Positions 9,538 through 21,546 are shown, counted from the stretch's first letter. The stretch: 64,000 nucleotides of DNA from Flavobacteriales bacterium (GCA_011524905.1 WTJI01000055.1:76630-140629), one strand, 5' to 3'. The notes: generated by a model not told the origin, from the letters alone. Made by a program: numbers and translations.

Positions 9538-9545
9538 CAAAGGTA
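9538..9545 (-). promoter_or_regulatory. Bacteroidota -7 promoter box (TACCTTTG) for trmD; predicts a leaderless mRNA
   Basis: Plus strand CAAAGGTA. Only 4 nt separate the box from the trmD ATG at 9533. Confidence 0.45.
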
Positions 9546-9551
9546 ACAAGA

Positions 9552-9580
9552 AAAAGCCCCAAACTAGATTTGAGGCTTTT
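9552..9580 (-). terminator. Probable terminator after the htrA-like gene
   Basis: Minus-strand hairpin AAAGCCUCA...UGGGGCUUU (one mismatch) followed by UUUUC. Confidence 0.4.
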
Positions 9581-9584
9581 CGCT

Positions 9585-10970
9585 TTAATTTCTAAATATC
9601 ACCCGTTCACCATCGCTGTTTAAAAACAGAATGGAGTCAATATCATTGGTGTTGAAATTGTCTAGGGTGCTGATGTCTTGAATAGGCTGTCCATTGACTT
9701 CGAGAATCACCGAGTCTTCACCGATGCCGTAAAGGGATAGCATCCTGTTGAAAGAGCGATTGATTTTAACACCATAGTCAAGATCTTTGGATTTCAATTC
9801 TTCACGGTTCAAATTTTTCACTTCTAAATCAAAGAAAACTTTTCGTTTGAGTTTGCGAAGTATGACTGGAGCTTTGCGAAGCACTCCATTACGAATAAAA
9901 CTAACTTCAACCCTGTCACCAGGTCTTTTGCTTGAAATATAGCCCGTGAGATCCGCAAATTTATTGATTTTGGTACCGTCTATGCTTTTGATGATATCTT
10001 CTTCTTGCAAGCCAGCAGCTTCGGCGCCCATACCTTCTTCCAGATTCATGATGTAGAAGCCTTCGGTTTCATCGACTTCAAAACGTTGTGCCAATTCAGA
10101 ATCTAAGGCTCGTCCACTAACACCGAGTAATCCCTTTTGAACATTACCATATTCTAAGATGTCATCAAATACTTTCTTGGCGATATTGCTAGGTACAGCA
10201 AATGAATAACCAACAAATCCACCACCAATTGATGTTATTGCGGTATTGATCCCAACCAATTGCCCCTGAGTATTGACTAGTGCTCCGCCACTATTACCAA
10301 CATTTACAGCGGCATCAGTTTGAATGAAAAACTGATTTTTGTTGTCTCTTTGATTGAGATCTCGGGATTTGGCACTGATAATTCCAGCCGTTACGGTCGA
10401 ATTCAGGTTAAAAGGATTGCCTACAGCTAAAACCCATTCCCCTACTTTGGCGGTATCAGAGTCACCAAAAGTAATGTAGTCAAATTGTCGATTGCCTTTA
10501 ATTTTCAATACTGCTATGTCAGTGTAAGCATCTGAACCAATCAATTCAGCTTCGTAGGTTTTGTTGTCATTAGTCGTAATTTCAATCCGATTGGCTTCTT
10601 CAATTACATGGTAATTGGTGATAATTAATCCATCGGGTGATACAACTACACCAGAACCTGTTCCAATTTTATCGGGCAATTCTTGACCATAGAAATTGCG
10701 CATCCACCAGGCTTGATCATTTTCATAGGCACTGATATTTTTAACATGTACTACGCCGTCAATTACTTTATCGACTGTTTCAGTGAAATTAAGGTTGAGC
10801 GGCGCATTGTTGTTAGATAGTAGGGTTTGTTGCACTTGATACGTTTTTGCAGGCCTAGATGATGCCTCCGGACGATACTCATTTTGTGAAGGTTGCAATT
10901 GTTGGAAGAGAAAAAAGCTAGCCATGGAGCTGAGCATGGCCACTAGGAAGAGTGGAAGTAATCTTTTCAT
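9585..10970 (-). CDS. htrA: Periplasmic serine endoprotease of the HtrA/DegP/DegQ family (trypsin-like plus PDZ)
   Basis: 461 aa with a signal peptide, catalytic region TNYHV...DIAVLK...GNSGGALV, and PDZ-like C-terminal domains. Confidence 0.88.
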   Translation of the reverse strand: MKRLLPLFLVAMLSSMASFFLFQQLQPSQNEYRPEASSRPAKTYQVQQTLLSNNNAPLNLNFTETVDKVIDGVVHVKNISAYENDQAWWMRNFYGQELPDKIGTGSGVVVSPDGLIITNYHVIEEANRIEITTNDNKTYEAELIGSDAYTDIAVLKIKGNRQFDYITFGDSDTAKVGEWVLAVGNPFNLNSTVTAGIISAKSRDLNQRDNKNQFFIQTDAAVNVGNSGGALVNTQGQLVGINTAITSIGGGFVGYSFAVPSNIAKKVFDDILEYGNVQKGLLGVSGRALDSELAQRFEVDETEGFYIMNLEEGMGAEAAGLQEEDIIKSIDGTKINKFADLTGYISSKRPGDRVEVSFIRNGVLRKAPVILRKLKRKVFFDLEVKNLNREELKSKDLDYGVKINRSFNRMLSLYGIGEDSVILEVNGQPIQDISTLDNFNTNDIDSILFLNSDGERVIFRN

Positions 10971-10990
10971 AATTTTTCTTTTTACAAGAC

Positions 10991-10998
10991 CAAAATTA
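10991..10998 (-). promoter_or_regulatory. Bacteroidota -7 promoter box (TAATTTTG) for htrA
   Basis: Plus strand CAAAATTA, 20 nt upstream of the ATG at 10970. Confidence 0.45.
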
Positions 10999-11067
10999 GC
11001 AAGAAGCCTGAATTATGAGTGTTGATTTAACGACACTTTAACAGCAAAAAGACAGTTTAAAAATGGT

Positions 11068-11075
11068 TATTTTTG
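11068..11075 (+). promoter_or_regulatory. Bacteroidota -7 promoter box (TATTTTTG) for dapF
   Basis: 6 nt upstream of ATG 11082. It overlaps the TTG start listed in the ORF track, which argues for the ATG start. Confidence 0.45.
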
Positions 11076-11081
11076 TGCCCA

Positions 11082-11870
11082 ATGACAATCACATTTGAGA
11101 AATACCAAGGTGCAGGAAATGATTTCGTGATGATCGACAATCGTCGGAAAAATTTTCCAGAAAAAAATTCGCAAAAAAACATTGCTACGCTTTGCAACCG
11201 TCACTTTGGCATTGGTTCAGACGGTTTAATTTTACTAGAGGATCACCCAACGGCTGACTTTGAAATGCGCTATTTCAATTCCGATGGTCATTCGAGTAGC
11301 ATGTGTGGTAATGGAGGTCGCTGTGCGGTGGCTTTTGCTTCAAGCCTGGGAATGATCAATGATAAAACCCAGTTTGTGGTTAATGGGGCCGTTTATCATG
11401 CTGCGATCAATTCTGACGCTAGTATCTCTTTACAAATGCAGGATGTAAATAGTGTAACTCAATTTGATTCTCACTGTTTTGTTGATACGGGTTCGCCTCA
11501 TCATGTTGCTTTCGTGTCAGATGTTGGAACTGTAGCTGTTGCCGAAAAGGGCCGTAAAATTCGGTATGGAAAACCTTATGGATCGGCTGGAAGTAATGTT
11601 AATTTTGTATCGGTAGAAGGCAAGAATCTATTGGCGATACGGACATATGAACGTGGCGTCGAGGCTGAAACACTGGCCTGTGGAACTGGGGCAGTAGCCG
11701 CCGCTTTAGCTGCATTTAAAGTGCAAAAAGTAAATAAAAGTCCTGTCACTATTAAAGCCCTTGGTGGGGACTTAGAAGTGTTTTTCAAATCAGAAGGTGA
11801 GGGTTTTACCCAGATCGTATTAAGAGGTCCAGCCCAACCCGTGTACAAAGGTCGGTGGTATGAAGAATAA
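11082..11870 (+). CDS. dapF: Diaminopimelate epimerase
   Basis: MTITFEKYQGAGNDFVMIDNR plus the two catalytic Cys motifs (NSDGHSSSMCGNGGRC, ETLACGTG). Confidence 0.92.
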   Translation: MTITFEKYQGAGNDFVMIDNRRKNFPEKNSQKNIATLCNRHFGIGSDGLILLEDHPTADFEMRYFNSDGHSSSMCGNGGRCAVAFASSLGMINDKTQFVVNGAVYHAAINSDASISLQMQDVNSVTQFDSHCFVDTGSPHHVAFVSDVGTVAVAEKGRKIRYGKPYGSAGSNVNFVSVEGKNLLAIRTYERGVEAETLACGTGAVAAALAAFKVQKVNKSPVTIKALGGDLEVFFKSEGEGFTQIVLRGPAQPVYKGRWYEE

Positions 11871-12375
11871 TCAATACCATTTAAGGGCCCTTGAAATGCA
11901 TGACTTAGATCTCTTATTTGCCTTAGAAAATGACCCCACCATTTGGAAATATACCAATCGCCAGCACCCCTACACCAAAGCCTTTTTGATGGAATATGTT
12001 ATGCAATCACATTTGAGTTTAGCCGAAATTGGTCAGTTGCGGCTGGCTATTGTAGATGCGCAAGATCATGTGCTTGGGTTAGTTGATTTATTTGATGCTG
12101 ATTTGCACCATCGAAGGGCGGCTGTAGGTATTGCCATTCTTAGGGAGAAACAAAATATGGGGCTGGGTAAACAGGCTCTAAAGCTCTTAATAGACTATTG
12201 TCAATCTCATCTTTCATTATACCAACTGTATTGCGAGATAGATATAAACAATCACAGCAGCAAAAGACTATTTGAAAGTGCTGGTTTTGTTTTGTGTGGG
12301 ACAAAAAAAGATTGGAACTATTATGGTCAAGCTTTCCACGATGTTCATTTCTACCAAAAAATTATTGCTTTATGA
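11860..12375 (+). CDS. GNAT family N-acetyltransferase (RimJ/RimL-like)
   Basis: 171 aa with a GNAT core (QNMGLGKQALKLLIDY). Overlaps dapF by 11 nt. Confidence 0.75.
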   Translation: MKNNQYHLRALEMHDLDLLFALENDPTIWKYTNRQHPYTKAFLMEYVMQSHLSLAEIGQLRLAIVDAQDHVLGLVDLFDADLHHRRAAVGIAILREKQNMGLGKQALKLLIDYCQSHLSLYQLYCEIDINNHSSKRLFESAGFVLCGTKKDWNYYGQAFHDVHFYQKIIAL

Positions 12376-13409
12376 GAACAACATTGCTACGCTATATTCT
12401 TTATACTTTGAGTTCACTATCTCTATGCGTAGGAATTTTATTTTATCAGACTTTTTATAGTAGTAATACCCGTTTTGTTGGGCAGCAAGAAGTATTTATT
12501 CCAAGCGGTGCCAACATGGAAGCATTAATGGAGGTATTATCACCGTATTTGGAAAGTCCGAGATTGTTTGTTTGGGCGGCTCAAATGAAAGGATACAGTA
12601 ATCGCGTCAGAAGCGGTCGCTATTTGCTATCATCAGGTGCCTCCAATCAGAAATTAATCAATCGATTGCGACAAAAAAGTGATCCAGTCTTATTGACTTT
12701 TAATAACCAAGAACGATTGGAAAATCTTGCGGGACGCTTAGCTCAATCGCTTGAATCTGACAGTTTATCTTTCTTGAATGCAATGCGAGACACCAAATTT
12801 TTAGTGGAAAAAGGATTTACGCTGGACAATGCATTAGCCATGTACCTGCCGAACAGTTATGAAGTTTTTTGGGATGTTAGTCCTAAATTATTTTGCGAAC
12901 GTATGTATGATGAGTATAAACGTTTTTGGACGGCGACTCGTCGAAATCAGGCTGCTCAGCAAGGGCTTTCACTTGTCGAAGTCAGCATTTTAGCAAGTAT
13001 TGTTCACAAGGAAACAGTGCAGTCTGCGGAGCGTGCTGCTGTGGCTGGTGTATATTTAAACCGACTTAGAAGAAAAATGAAACTGCAAGCAGATCCCACT
13101 GTTATTTATGCTCTGAAAAAAAAGTATCAGAATTTTGATACTGTGATAAAAAGGGTTTTGTACAAAGATTTAAAAATAGCATCGCCTTTTAACACTTACA
13201 AAGTCAAGGGAATTCCTCCTGGTCCCATTGCTATGCCTGATATATCGGCTATCACCGCCGTTTTGGAACCACAAAAACATTCCTATTTATATTTTGTTGC
13301 CAATCCAGATAATCCTGGATATCATTTGTTTGCGTCAAGTTTGTTACAACACAATCGCAACAAACGCAAATATACTAGGTGGTTGAATCAAAAGAAATTA
13401 TATCGCTAG
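12372..13409 (+). CDS. mltG: Endolytic murein transglycosylase MltG (YceG-like)
   Basis: The ATG at 12372 shares ATGA with the upstream stop. N-terminal TM helix, then the YceG motifs ILASIVHKET...ERAAVAGVYLNRL...LQADPTV. Confidence 0.88.
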   Translation: MRTTLLRYILYTLSSLSLCVGILFYQTFYSSNTRFVGQQEVFIPSGANMEALMEVLSPYLESPRLFVWAAQMKGYSNRVRSGRYLLSSGASNQKLINRLRQKSDPVLLTFNNQERLENLAGRLAQSLESDSLSFLNAMRDTKFLVEKGFTLDNALAMYLPNSYEVFWDVSPKLFCERMYDEYKRFWTATRRNQAAQQGLSLVEVSILASIVHKETVQSAERAAVAGVYLNRLRRKMKLQADPTVIYALKKKYQNFDTVIKRVLYKDLKIASPFNTYKVKGIPPGPIAMPDISAITAVLEPQKHSYLYFVANPDNPGYHLFASSLLQHNRNKRKYTRWLNQKKLYR

Positions 13410-14119
13410 CGATGCAGTAAAAAAACAGCAGGTCGCTTATGGAAATCTTCTAATTTGATATTTTTCCATTGACCAATGGAATAAGTTTTTATCCATTGGG
13501 TTGCTAAGCTTAAATCGCAAGCAAAAGTTAGTAGGGTATCAGGCTGTAAATGTTGAATTAAGGCTTCAAGAAGTGGGATATTCCGGTAAGGGGTTTCAAT
13601 AAAAAGTTGCGTTTGATTATTTTTTTGGGCATTACGTTCCAATCTTTTAATGACAGTCATTCGTTCTTTGGCCTTGATCGGTAGATAACCGTGAAAAGTA
13701 AATTGCTGGCCATTGAGCCCAGACCCCATCAGCGCTAAAAGAAGAGAGGAAGGCCCTACAAGAGGGTTGACATTAATATTTTTTTGATGCGCTAGTGCTA
13801 CGATATTGGCCCCAGGATCGGCAACTCCTGGGCAGCCTGCATCTGAAATAAGACCGACTGATTCACCTATTTCACAGCTGTCCAAATAGCGGGAATATTC
13901 AATGGGGGTGGTAAATTTATTTAAGGGTAGAAGTCGCAAGTCGTTTTGTTTTTTATCAGGACAAACTCTTTTGATAAACCGTCGGGCGACTTTTTCATTT
14001 TCAACAATAAAAGTTTGAAGCTTACTAATGATCGTAGCAATATCTGGAGTTAGGCTAGTAAGAGGTGCCTCAACACCCAATGGGCAGGGAATCATGTAGA
14101 GACTGCCTTTATTTTTCAT
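13406..14119 (-). CDS. rsmI: 16S rRNA (cytidine1402-2'-O)-methyltransferase
   Basis: 237 aa, GSLYMIPCPLG...LISDAGCPGVADPG (tetrapyrrole-methylase fold, RsmI type). Confidence 0.88.
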   Translation of the reverse strand: MKNKGSLYMIPCPLGVEAPLTSLTPDIATIISKLQTFIVENEKVARRFIKRVCPDKKQNDLRLLPLNKFTTPIEYSRYLDSCEIGESVGLISDAGCPGVADPGANIVALAHQKNINVNPLVGPSSLLLALMGSGLNGQQFTFHGYLPIKAKERMTVIKRLERNAQKNNQTQLFIETPYRNIPLLEALIQHLQPDTLLTFACDLSLATQWIKTYSIGQWKNIKLEDFHKRPAVFLLHR

Positions 14120-14561
14120 AGGGATTTACTTCTTTAACAATTCTATCAGTAGCTTGATCAATCATTTGGTAAACCCTTTCAAAACCATCGTTATCTCCAT
14201 AGTAGGGGTCAGGTACCTCCTGGTTCTGACATAAGAGTTCTACTTTTTCCCATTGCTCTTTGGTGGGCTGAAGGGCTTTGAGGTTAATATAATTGGATCG
14301 ATCCATGACGAAGATATGATCAAATCGATCGAAATCAGCCTGCTCAAAGGGTCGGGCTTGTTGATGTCCGATCTCTATTCCATATTTGAGTGCTACTTGC
14401 TGACTTCGTCTATCGGGTGCACTACCAGTATGGTAGGCAGCAGTTCCTGCAGAATCTACAGTGAAAAGTTGAGGATCTAATTTGCTAGCCAAAACACCTT
14501 CTGCCAGTGGTGAACGACAGATATTTCCCAAGCAAACCATTAATATGTTAACGGTTTTCAT
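14109..14561 (-). CDS. Low-molecular-weight protein-tyrosine phosphatase
   Basis: 150 aa with the active-site loop CLGNICRSP and DPYYG. Confidence 0.9.
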   Translation of the reverse strand: MKTVNILMVCLGNICRSPLAEGVLASKLDPQLFTVDSAGTAAYHTGSAPDRRSQQVALKYGIEIGHQQARPFEQADFDRFDHIFVMDRSNYINLKALQPTKEQWEKVELLCQNQEVPDPYYGDNDGFERVYQMIDQATDRIVKEVNPYEK

Positions 14562-14571
14562 TGGTTGGAAA

Positions 14572-15999
14572 TTAAAGCGTTAGCTTTTGGTTGATGTCTT
14601 CGACGTATTTACGGAATTGTTTGTCCGTAAAACTAAGGTTATCGACTGTTTTGCAGGCGTGAAGGACGGTAGCATGATCTCTTTTACCAATTTGAGTTCC
14701 AATACTAGCTAACGAAGCTTTGGTAAATTTTTTGGCGAAATACATTGCTAATTGCCGGGCTTGAACAATATGTCGTTTGCGGGTTTTGGATTGTAAAGTC
14801 GCCACATCCATTTGGAAATAATCAGAAACCACTTTTTGGATATAGTCGATGGAAACCTCTCTCTTGGTATTCTTAACGAATTTGTTGACAATCTCCTTGG
14901 CTAATTCAAGTGTGATTTCTATTTTATTGAAGGAAGACTGTGCGATCAACGAAATGATAGCACCTTCTAATTCACGGATATTAGACTTGATATTTTTTGC
15001 AACATACTCAATTATTTCATCGGCCATAATCACACCATCTCTATAGAGTTTGTTTTTGACAATAGAAATCCGAGTTTCAAAATTGGGTACTTGTAATTCA
15101 GCTGAAAGTCCCCATTTGAATCGAGACAAAAGGCGCTGTTCAATATCTTGCATATCGATGGGTGCTTTGTCCGAAGTAATGATAACTTGTTTGCCGTTTT
15201 GGTGTAAATGGTTGAAAATGTGGAAAAAAACATCTTGAGTTCCAGATTTACCACTAAGAAATTGAACGTCATCAATGATTAATACATCTATTATTTGATA
15301 AAAATGGATAAAATCATTGCGTGTATTCTTTTTGACAGATTCAATATACTGCTGTGTGAATTTCTCTGCAGATATATATAGTACTGTCTTATCTGGATAT
15401 TTTTCTTTGATATCAACTCCAATGGCATGTGCCAAATGGGTTTTACCTAATCCCACCCCACCGAAAATAAGTAGCGGGTTAAAAGATGTTCCTCCTGGTT
15501 TTGTCGCAACAGCCAAGCCAGCAGATCGGGCTAAACGGTTGGAATCACCTTCCAAAAAATTATCAAAACTATAATTGGGATTGAGCTGGGATTCAATTTG
15601 TAGGTTTCGAATACCTGGGATGACGAATGGATTTTTAAGTTCGCTGTTAAATGAACTTAAAGGTGCCTCAACCGACTGTGATGACGAAGTAACTTTTGGA
15701 TTGGAAGGGATACTTTCTGTGTGAGGTTGCTTGTTGCCATAGGTGTTTTCCATTCTGATGACATACACAAGGCTGGCATCTTTACCCATTTCTTTAGTGA
15801 GCGCCGATTTAAGTAATTTGACATAGTGCTCTTCCAACCATTCATAAAAGAATTTACTCGGTACTTGAATACTTAACACATTGTCATCAAGTTTGACAGG
15901 TACTATTGGGTTGAACCAAGTTTTAAAGGCTTGTGGCTGTATGTTGTCCTTAATATAGTTTAAGCAATTTTTCCAGACAAGTTCAGCGGTATTAGCCAT
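14572..15999 (-). CDS. dnaA: Chromosomal replication initiator DnaA
   Basis: 475 aa. AAA+ Walker A GGVGLGKTHL, box VII, and the C-terminal DNA-binding domain (IGKRDHATVLHACK). Confidence 0.97.
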   Translation of the reverse strand: MANTAELVWKNCLNYIKDNIQPQAFKTWFNPIVPVKLDDNVLSIQVPSKFFYEWLEEHYVKLLKSALTKEMGKDASLVYVIRMENTYGNKQPHTESIPSNPKVTSSSQSVEAPLSSFNSELKNPFVIPGIRNLQIESQLNPNYSFDNFLEGDSNRLARSAGLAVATKPGGTSFNPLLIFGGVGLGKTHLAHAIGVDIKEKYPDKTVLYISAEKFTQQYIESVKKNTRNDFIHFYQIIDVLIIDDVQFLSGKSGTQDVFFHIFNHLHQNGKQVIITSDKAPIDMQDIEQRLLSRFKWGLSAELQVPNFETRISIVKNKLYRDGVIMADEIIEYVAKNIKSNIRELEGAIISLIAQSSFNKIEITLELAKEIVNKFVKNTKREVSIDYIQKVVSDYFQMDVATLQSKTRKRHIVQARQLAMYFAKKFTKASLASIGTQIGKRDHATVLHACKTVDNLSFTDKQFRKYVEDINQKLTL

Positions 16000-16174
16000 C
16001 TAAAATGTTTGTTTTGTATTAATTGTTCTTCAAATCGGTTATAGTACAAATATCATTGGTTTTTTTTTTATAAAAAACTCAATTTGCTATTGAATTTTAA
16101 TTTTTTTTTTTCCAAATTATAGCGATGTATTGTTAACGATAAATTGACAAATTATTAAACAGAATTTATTTTAC

Positions 16175-16570
16175 ATGTCTAACCCGATAAGGGTTCGATA
16201 TTCTGATACGGATCAGATGGGTTATATGCACCACAGTAACTATCTCCGATTTTTTGAAGTTGCTCGATTAGAATGGTTATCCTCATTGGGAATCTCATAC
16301 AAAAAGATGGAGCAATCAGGGATTTGGCTTCCCGTGGCTCATGCTTCCGTCCAATTTAAGGTACCTTCTTACTTTGATGACGAATTGCGTGTTAAGGTAA
16401 CGCTAGAAACACCACCTAAGGCTAGTTTGTTATTTTCGTACCATGTATTCAACCAAGATGAAACACTTGTTAGTACAGGGAAAACCAAACTGGCTTTCCT
16501 TAATGCTGCTACAGGTAGGCCGATGCGTTGTCCTGATGATTTGTATCAAGTTCTGCAGCCTTATTTTTAA
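16175..16570 (+). CDS. Acyl-CoA thioesterase, 4HBT/YbgC family
   Basis: 131 aa, VRYSDTDQMGYMHHSNYLRFFEVAR (hotdog fold with catalytic Asp). Confidence 0.85.
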   Translation: MSNPIRVRYSDTDQMGYMHHSNYLRFFEVARLEWLSSLGISYKKMEQSGIWLPVAHASVQFKVPSYFDDELRVKVTLETPPKASLLFSYHVFNQDETLVSTGKTKLAFLNAATGRPMRCPDDLYQVLQPYF

Positions 16571-17573
16571 AATAGAATAAAGTATCCTTCATAAGTTTAA
16601 TTTTTTGATCTGGTTGCTGCGATATGGAGGGTGCTTCAATGCCAGCCTTTAGGTTACGCGGTGTTCGGAAGTTATATATTTCATCCCATAAATTGGCCTC
16701 AATGAACTGCTGTAAGACATTTAGTCCTCCTTCTATCAAAACAGATTGAATATTTTTTTTGTGTAAGGATGTAATTATGTCACCAGTGGTAAGTTTTTTT
16801 TTATCCTTATTATAGAGGTAGTTTATTCTTTTATTAATTGAGAGAAAATGTCTTTTGGGAATAGATTCAGGTGTCGCTAAAACAAAAGGCATGGGGTCTG
16901 TGCCAAACCAATGTCTGACATTTAGTTTGGGATTATCATCAATTAGCGTTTTCGCGCCAATAAGAATGCCATGTTCGTGGCTCCTCAACTGGTGTACGAT
17001 TTGTTGAGAGAAAGAATCAGATAACCAAAAGACTGTGTTTTTGGTTCTTATTTCAGGTAAGGGTGCCATAAAGCCGTCAGCACTTTCGGCCCATTTTAGT
17101 ACGATGTAAGGGCGCTTTTTTTTGTGGAAAGTGAAAAACCGTTTATTGCTAATTTGGCAAGATAATTCAAGACATCCAACAATTACATCAATACCAGCTG
17201 CTTTTAGTTTTGCTATTCCTTTGCCAGCCACAAGCGGGTTAGGATCTAGGGTGCCTACTACTACTTTTTTTATTTGGTGCTGAATCAATAAATCAACACA
17301 AGGTGGTGTTTTACCAAAATGGCTACAGGGTTCTAGACTTACATAAACAGTGGCCTTCTTGAGTAAGCTTTTATCAACAACATTTTGAATGGCAGCTACT
17401 TCTGCATGGGCTTCTCCCGCTTTTTTGTGCCAACCTTCACCAATAATTTTGTCATTATAAACGATAACACAACCCACTACTGGATTAGGGAAAGTAAGTC
17501 CAGCAGCATTTGCTGCCAATTGGAGGCAACGCCGTATTAATATCTCATCAGAATGCGTTAGTTTCGTACTCAA
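16509..17573 (-). CDS. ribD: Bifunctional riboflavin biosynthesis deaminase/reductase
   Basis: 354 aa. Deaminase zinc motifs HAEV...PCSHFGKTPPC, then a RibD_C reductase domain. TTG start. The last 62 nt overlap the convergent thioesterase gene. Confidence 0.9.
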   Translation of the reverse strand: MSTKLTHSDEILIRRCLQLAANAAGLTFPNPVVGCVIVYNDKIIGEGWHKKAGEAHAEVAAIQNVVDKSLLKKATVYVSLEPCSHFGKTPPCVDLLIQHQIKKVVVGTLDPNPLVAGKGIAKLKAAGIDVIVGCLELSCQISNKRFFTFHKKKRPYIVLKWAESADGFMAPLPEIRTKNTVFWLSDSFSQQIVHQLRSHEHGILIGAKTLIDDNPKLNVRHWFGTDPMPFVLATPESIPKRHFLSINKRINYLYNKDKKKLTTGDIITSLHKKNIQSVLIEGGLNVLQQFIEANLWDEIYNFRTPRNLKAGIEAPSISQQPDQKIKLMKDTLFYFKNKAAELDTNHQDNASAYL

Positions 17574-17612
17574 AAAAATAATTTCTTCACAAAATTACTG
17601 ATCCTAATCCAA

Positions 17613-18089
17613 ATGATTCTACGTGCTGTAAAAAAGAAAGACAATCCGCAATTAGCCCGCTTATTACGTGCTGTATTAATTGAAATGGGTGTGCCTAAGA
17701 CAGGAACGGCCTACGAAGATCCAGAATTGGATGCCATGTATGAAGCCTATCAGCAACCTAAAAGCAGCTATTTTGTTATTGAAGTTATGGGGGAAATAAT
17801 TGGAGGCGCTGGGATTGCACCCCTTCAAAAGGGTCCAAGCAGTGTTTGTGAATTGCAAAAAATGTATTTTGGTCCTAAAGCACGTGGTAGAGGATGGGGT
17901 GCACAAATGATGGCCCATTGCCTAGACTTTGCCAAGCAACATGGATTTTTGCAATGCTACATAGAAACGATGCCCAATATGCGTGCTGCACAAAAGCTCT
18001 ATAATAAGACAGGATTTCAATATCTTGAGGGACCTATGGGGGATACAGGGCATTGTAATTGTTCTGTTTGGATGCTTAAAAATCTTTAA
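17613..18089 (+). CDS. GNAT family N-acetyltransferase
   Basis: 158 aa, RGRGWGAQMMAHCLDFAK (acetyl-CoA binding motif). Confidence 0.8.
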   Translation: MILRAVKKKDNPQLARLLRAVLIEMGVPKTGTAYEDPELDAMYEAYQQPKSSYFVIEVMGEIIGGAGIAPLQKGPSSVCELQKMYFGPKARGRGWGAQMMAHCLDFAKQHGFLQCYIETMPNMRAAQKLYNKTGFQYLEGPMGDTGHCNCSVWMLKNL

Positions 18090-20935
<2,846 letters not shown>

Positions 20936-21011
20936 AATTGTTATAAATACAACAATGTTTTAAAAAATTATAGGAATATGTTAGTTTATCTTATTTCCAA
21001 TCCTCAAAAAC

Positions 21012-21019
21012 TACATTTG
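21012..21019 (+). promoter_or_regulatory. Bacteroidota -7 promoter box (TACATTTG)
   Basis: Lies immediately upstream of the 21022 ORF. Confidence 0.4.
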
Positions 21020-21021
21020 TT

Positions 21022-21546
21022 TTGATTTTGTTAGCGCATATAAAAAAAAGAATAATTGCCTTACTGTTAAAGCGTGAAATGAGAAGGCATGTTGAAAAAA
21101 CCGTATCTAAACCAAAGTCGATAAACAAGATTGGAATATTGATGGAAGACAATGAGGAAATAACAAGAAGCCTCTCAAGAGCGCTGCGTTCGATTGGTTT
21201 TTCTAAGGACCAATTGCATTTTATGATGTATCGATCAGAAAATGGATCTGAGCAACCAACTCAGATTTCAACTTTTTCCTCAACAGATTTCAGTTATACT
21301 GCTCATCCCCACGAAAAAGTCCAAACCTTTTGTGACAAGGGATACGATGTACTAATCAATTATTTCACAAAATCTAACCCATACCTTGAGTTGGTCTCCT
21401 TGAAAACACAAACGAAATTTCGAGTTGGTTTTACAGCTTTAGACAATAGATACAATGATTTGATTTTTTCGCTTCCAACAGAAGAGCCAAAGTTATTTTG
21501 CCAACAAATGAATAATTATTTAAAACGTATAAATTCCCCATGTTAA
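21022..21546 (+). CDS. Conserved hypothetical protein that typically sits between ligA and dapA in this lineage
   Basis: 174 aa. No motif I can assign. TTG start and the exact start position is uncertain. Overlaps dapA by 7 nt. Confidence 0.45.
   Translation: MILLAHIKKRIIALLLKREMRRHVEKTVSKPKSINKIGILMEDNEEITRSLSRALRSIGFSKDQLHFMMYRSENGSEQPTQISTFSSTDFSYTAHPHEKVQTFCDKGYDVLINYFTKSNPYLELVSLKTQTKFRVGFTALDNRYNDLIFSLPTEEPKLFCQQMNNYLKRINSPC

Noticed and set aside
16000-16174. DnaA boxes (TTATCCACA or its complement) were sought in the dnaA upstream spacer.
   Set aside because: No match with one or fewer mismatches was spotted by eye. The only close 9-mer I noticed (CTATCCACA, 61231-61239) is inside the helicase CDS. 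The oriC idea is therefore kept only as a strand-bias inference.
17574-17612. An FMN riboswitch upstream of ribD, and similarly a PyrR-binding attenuator upstream of pyrR (49162-49196).
   Set aside because: The spacers are only about 39 nt and 35 nt, and the pyrR spacer is mostly occupied by a promoter box. That is far too short for these elements, and no conserved riboswitch or attenuator motifs are seen.
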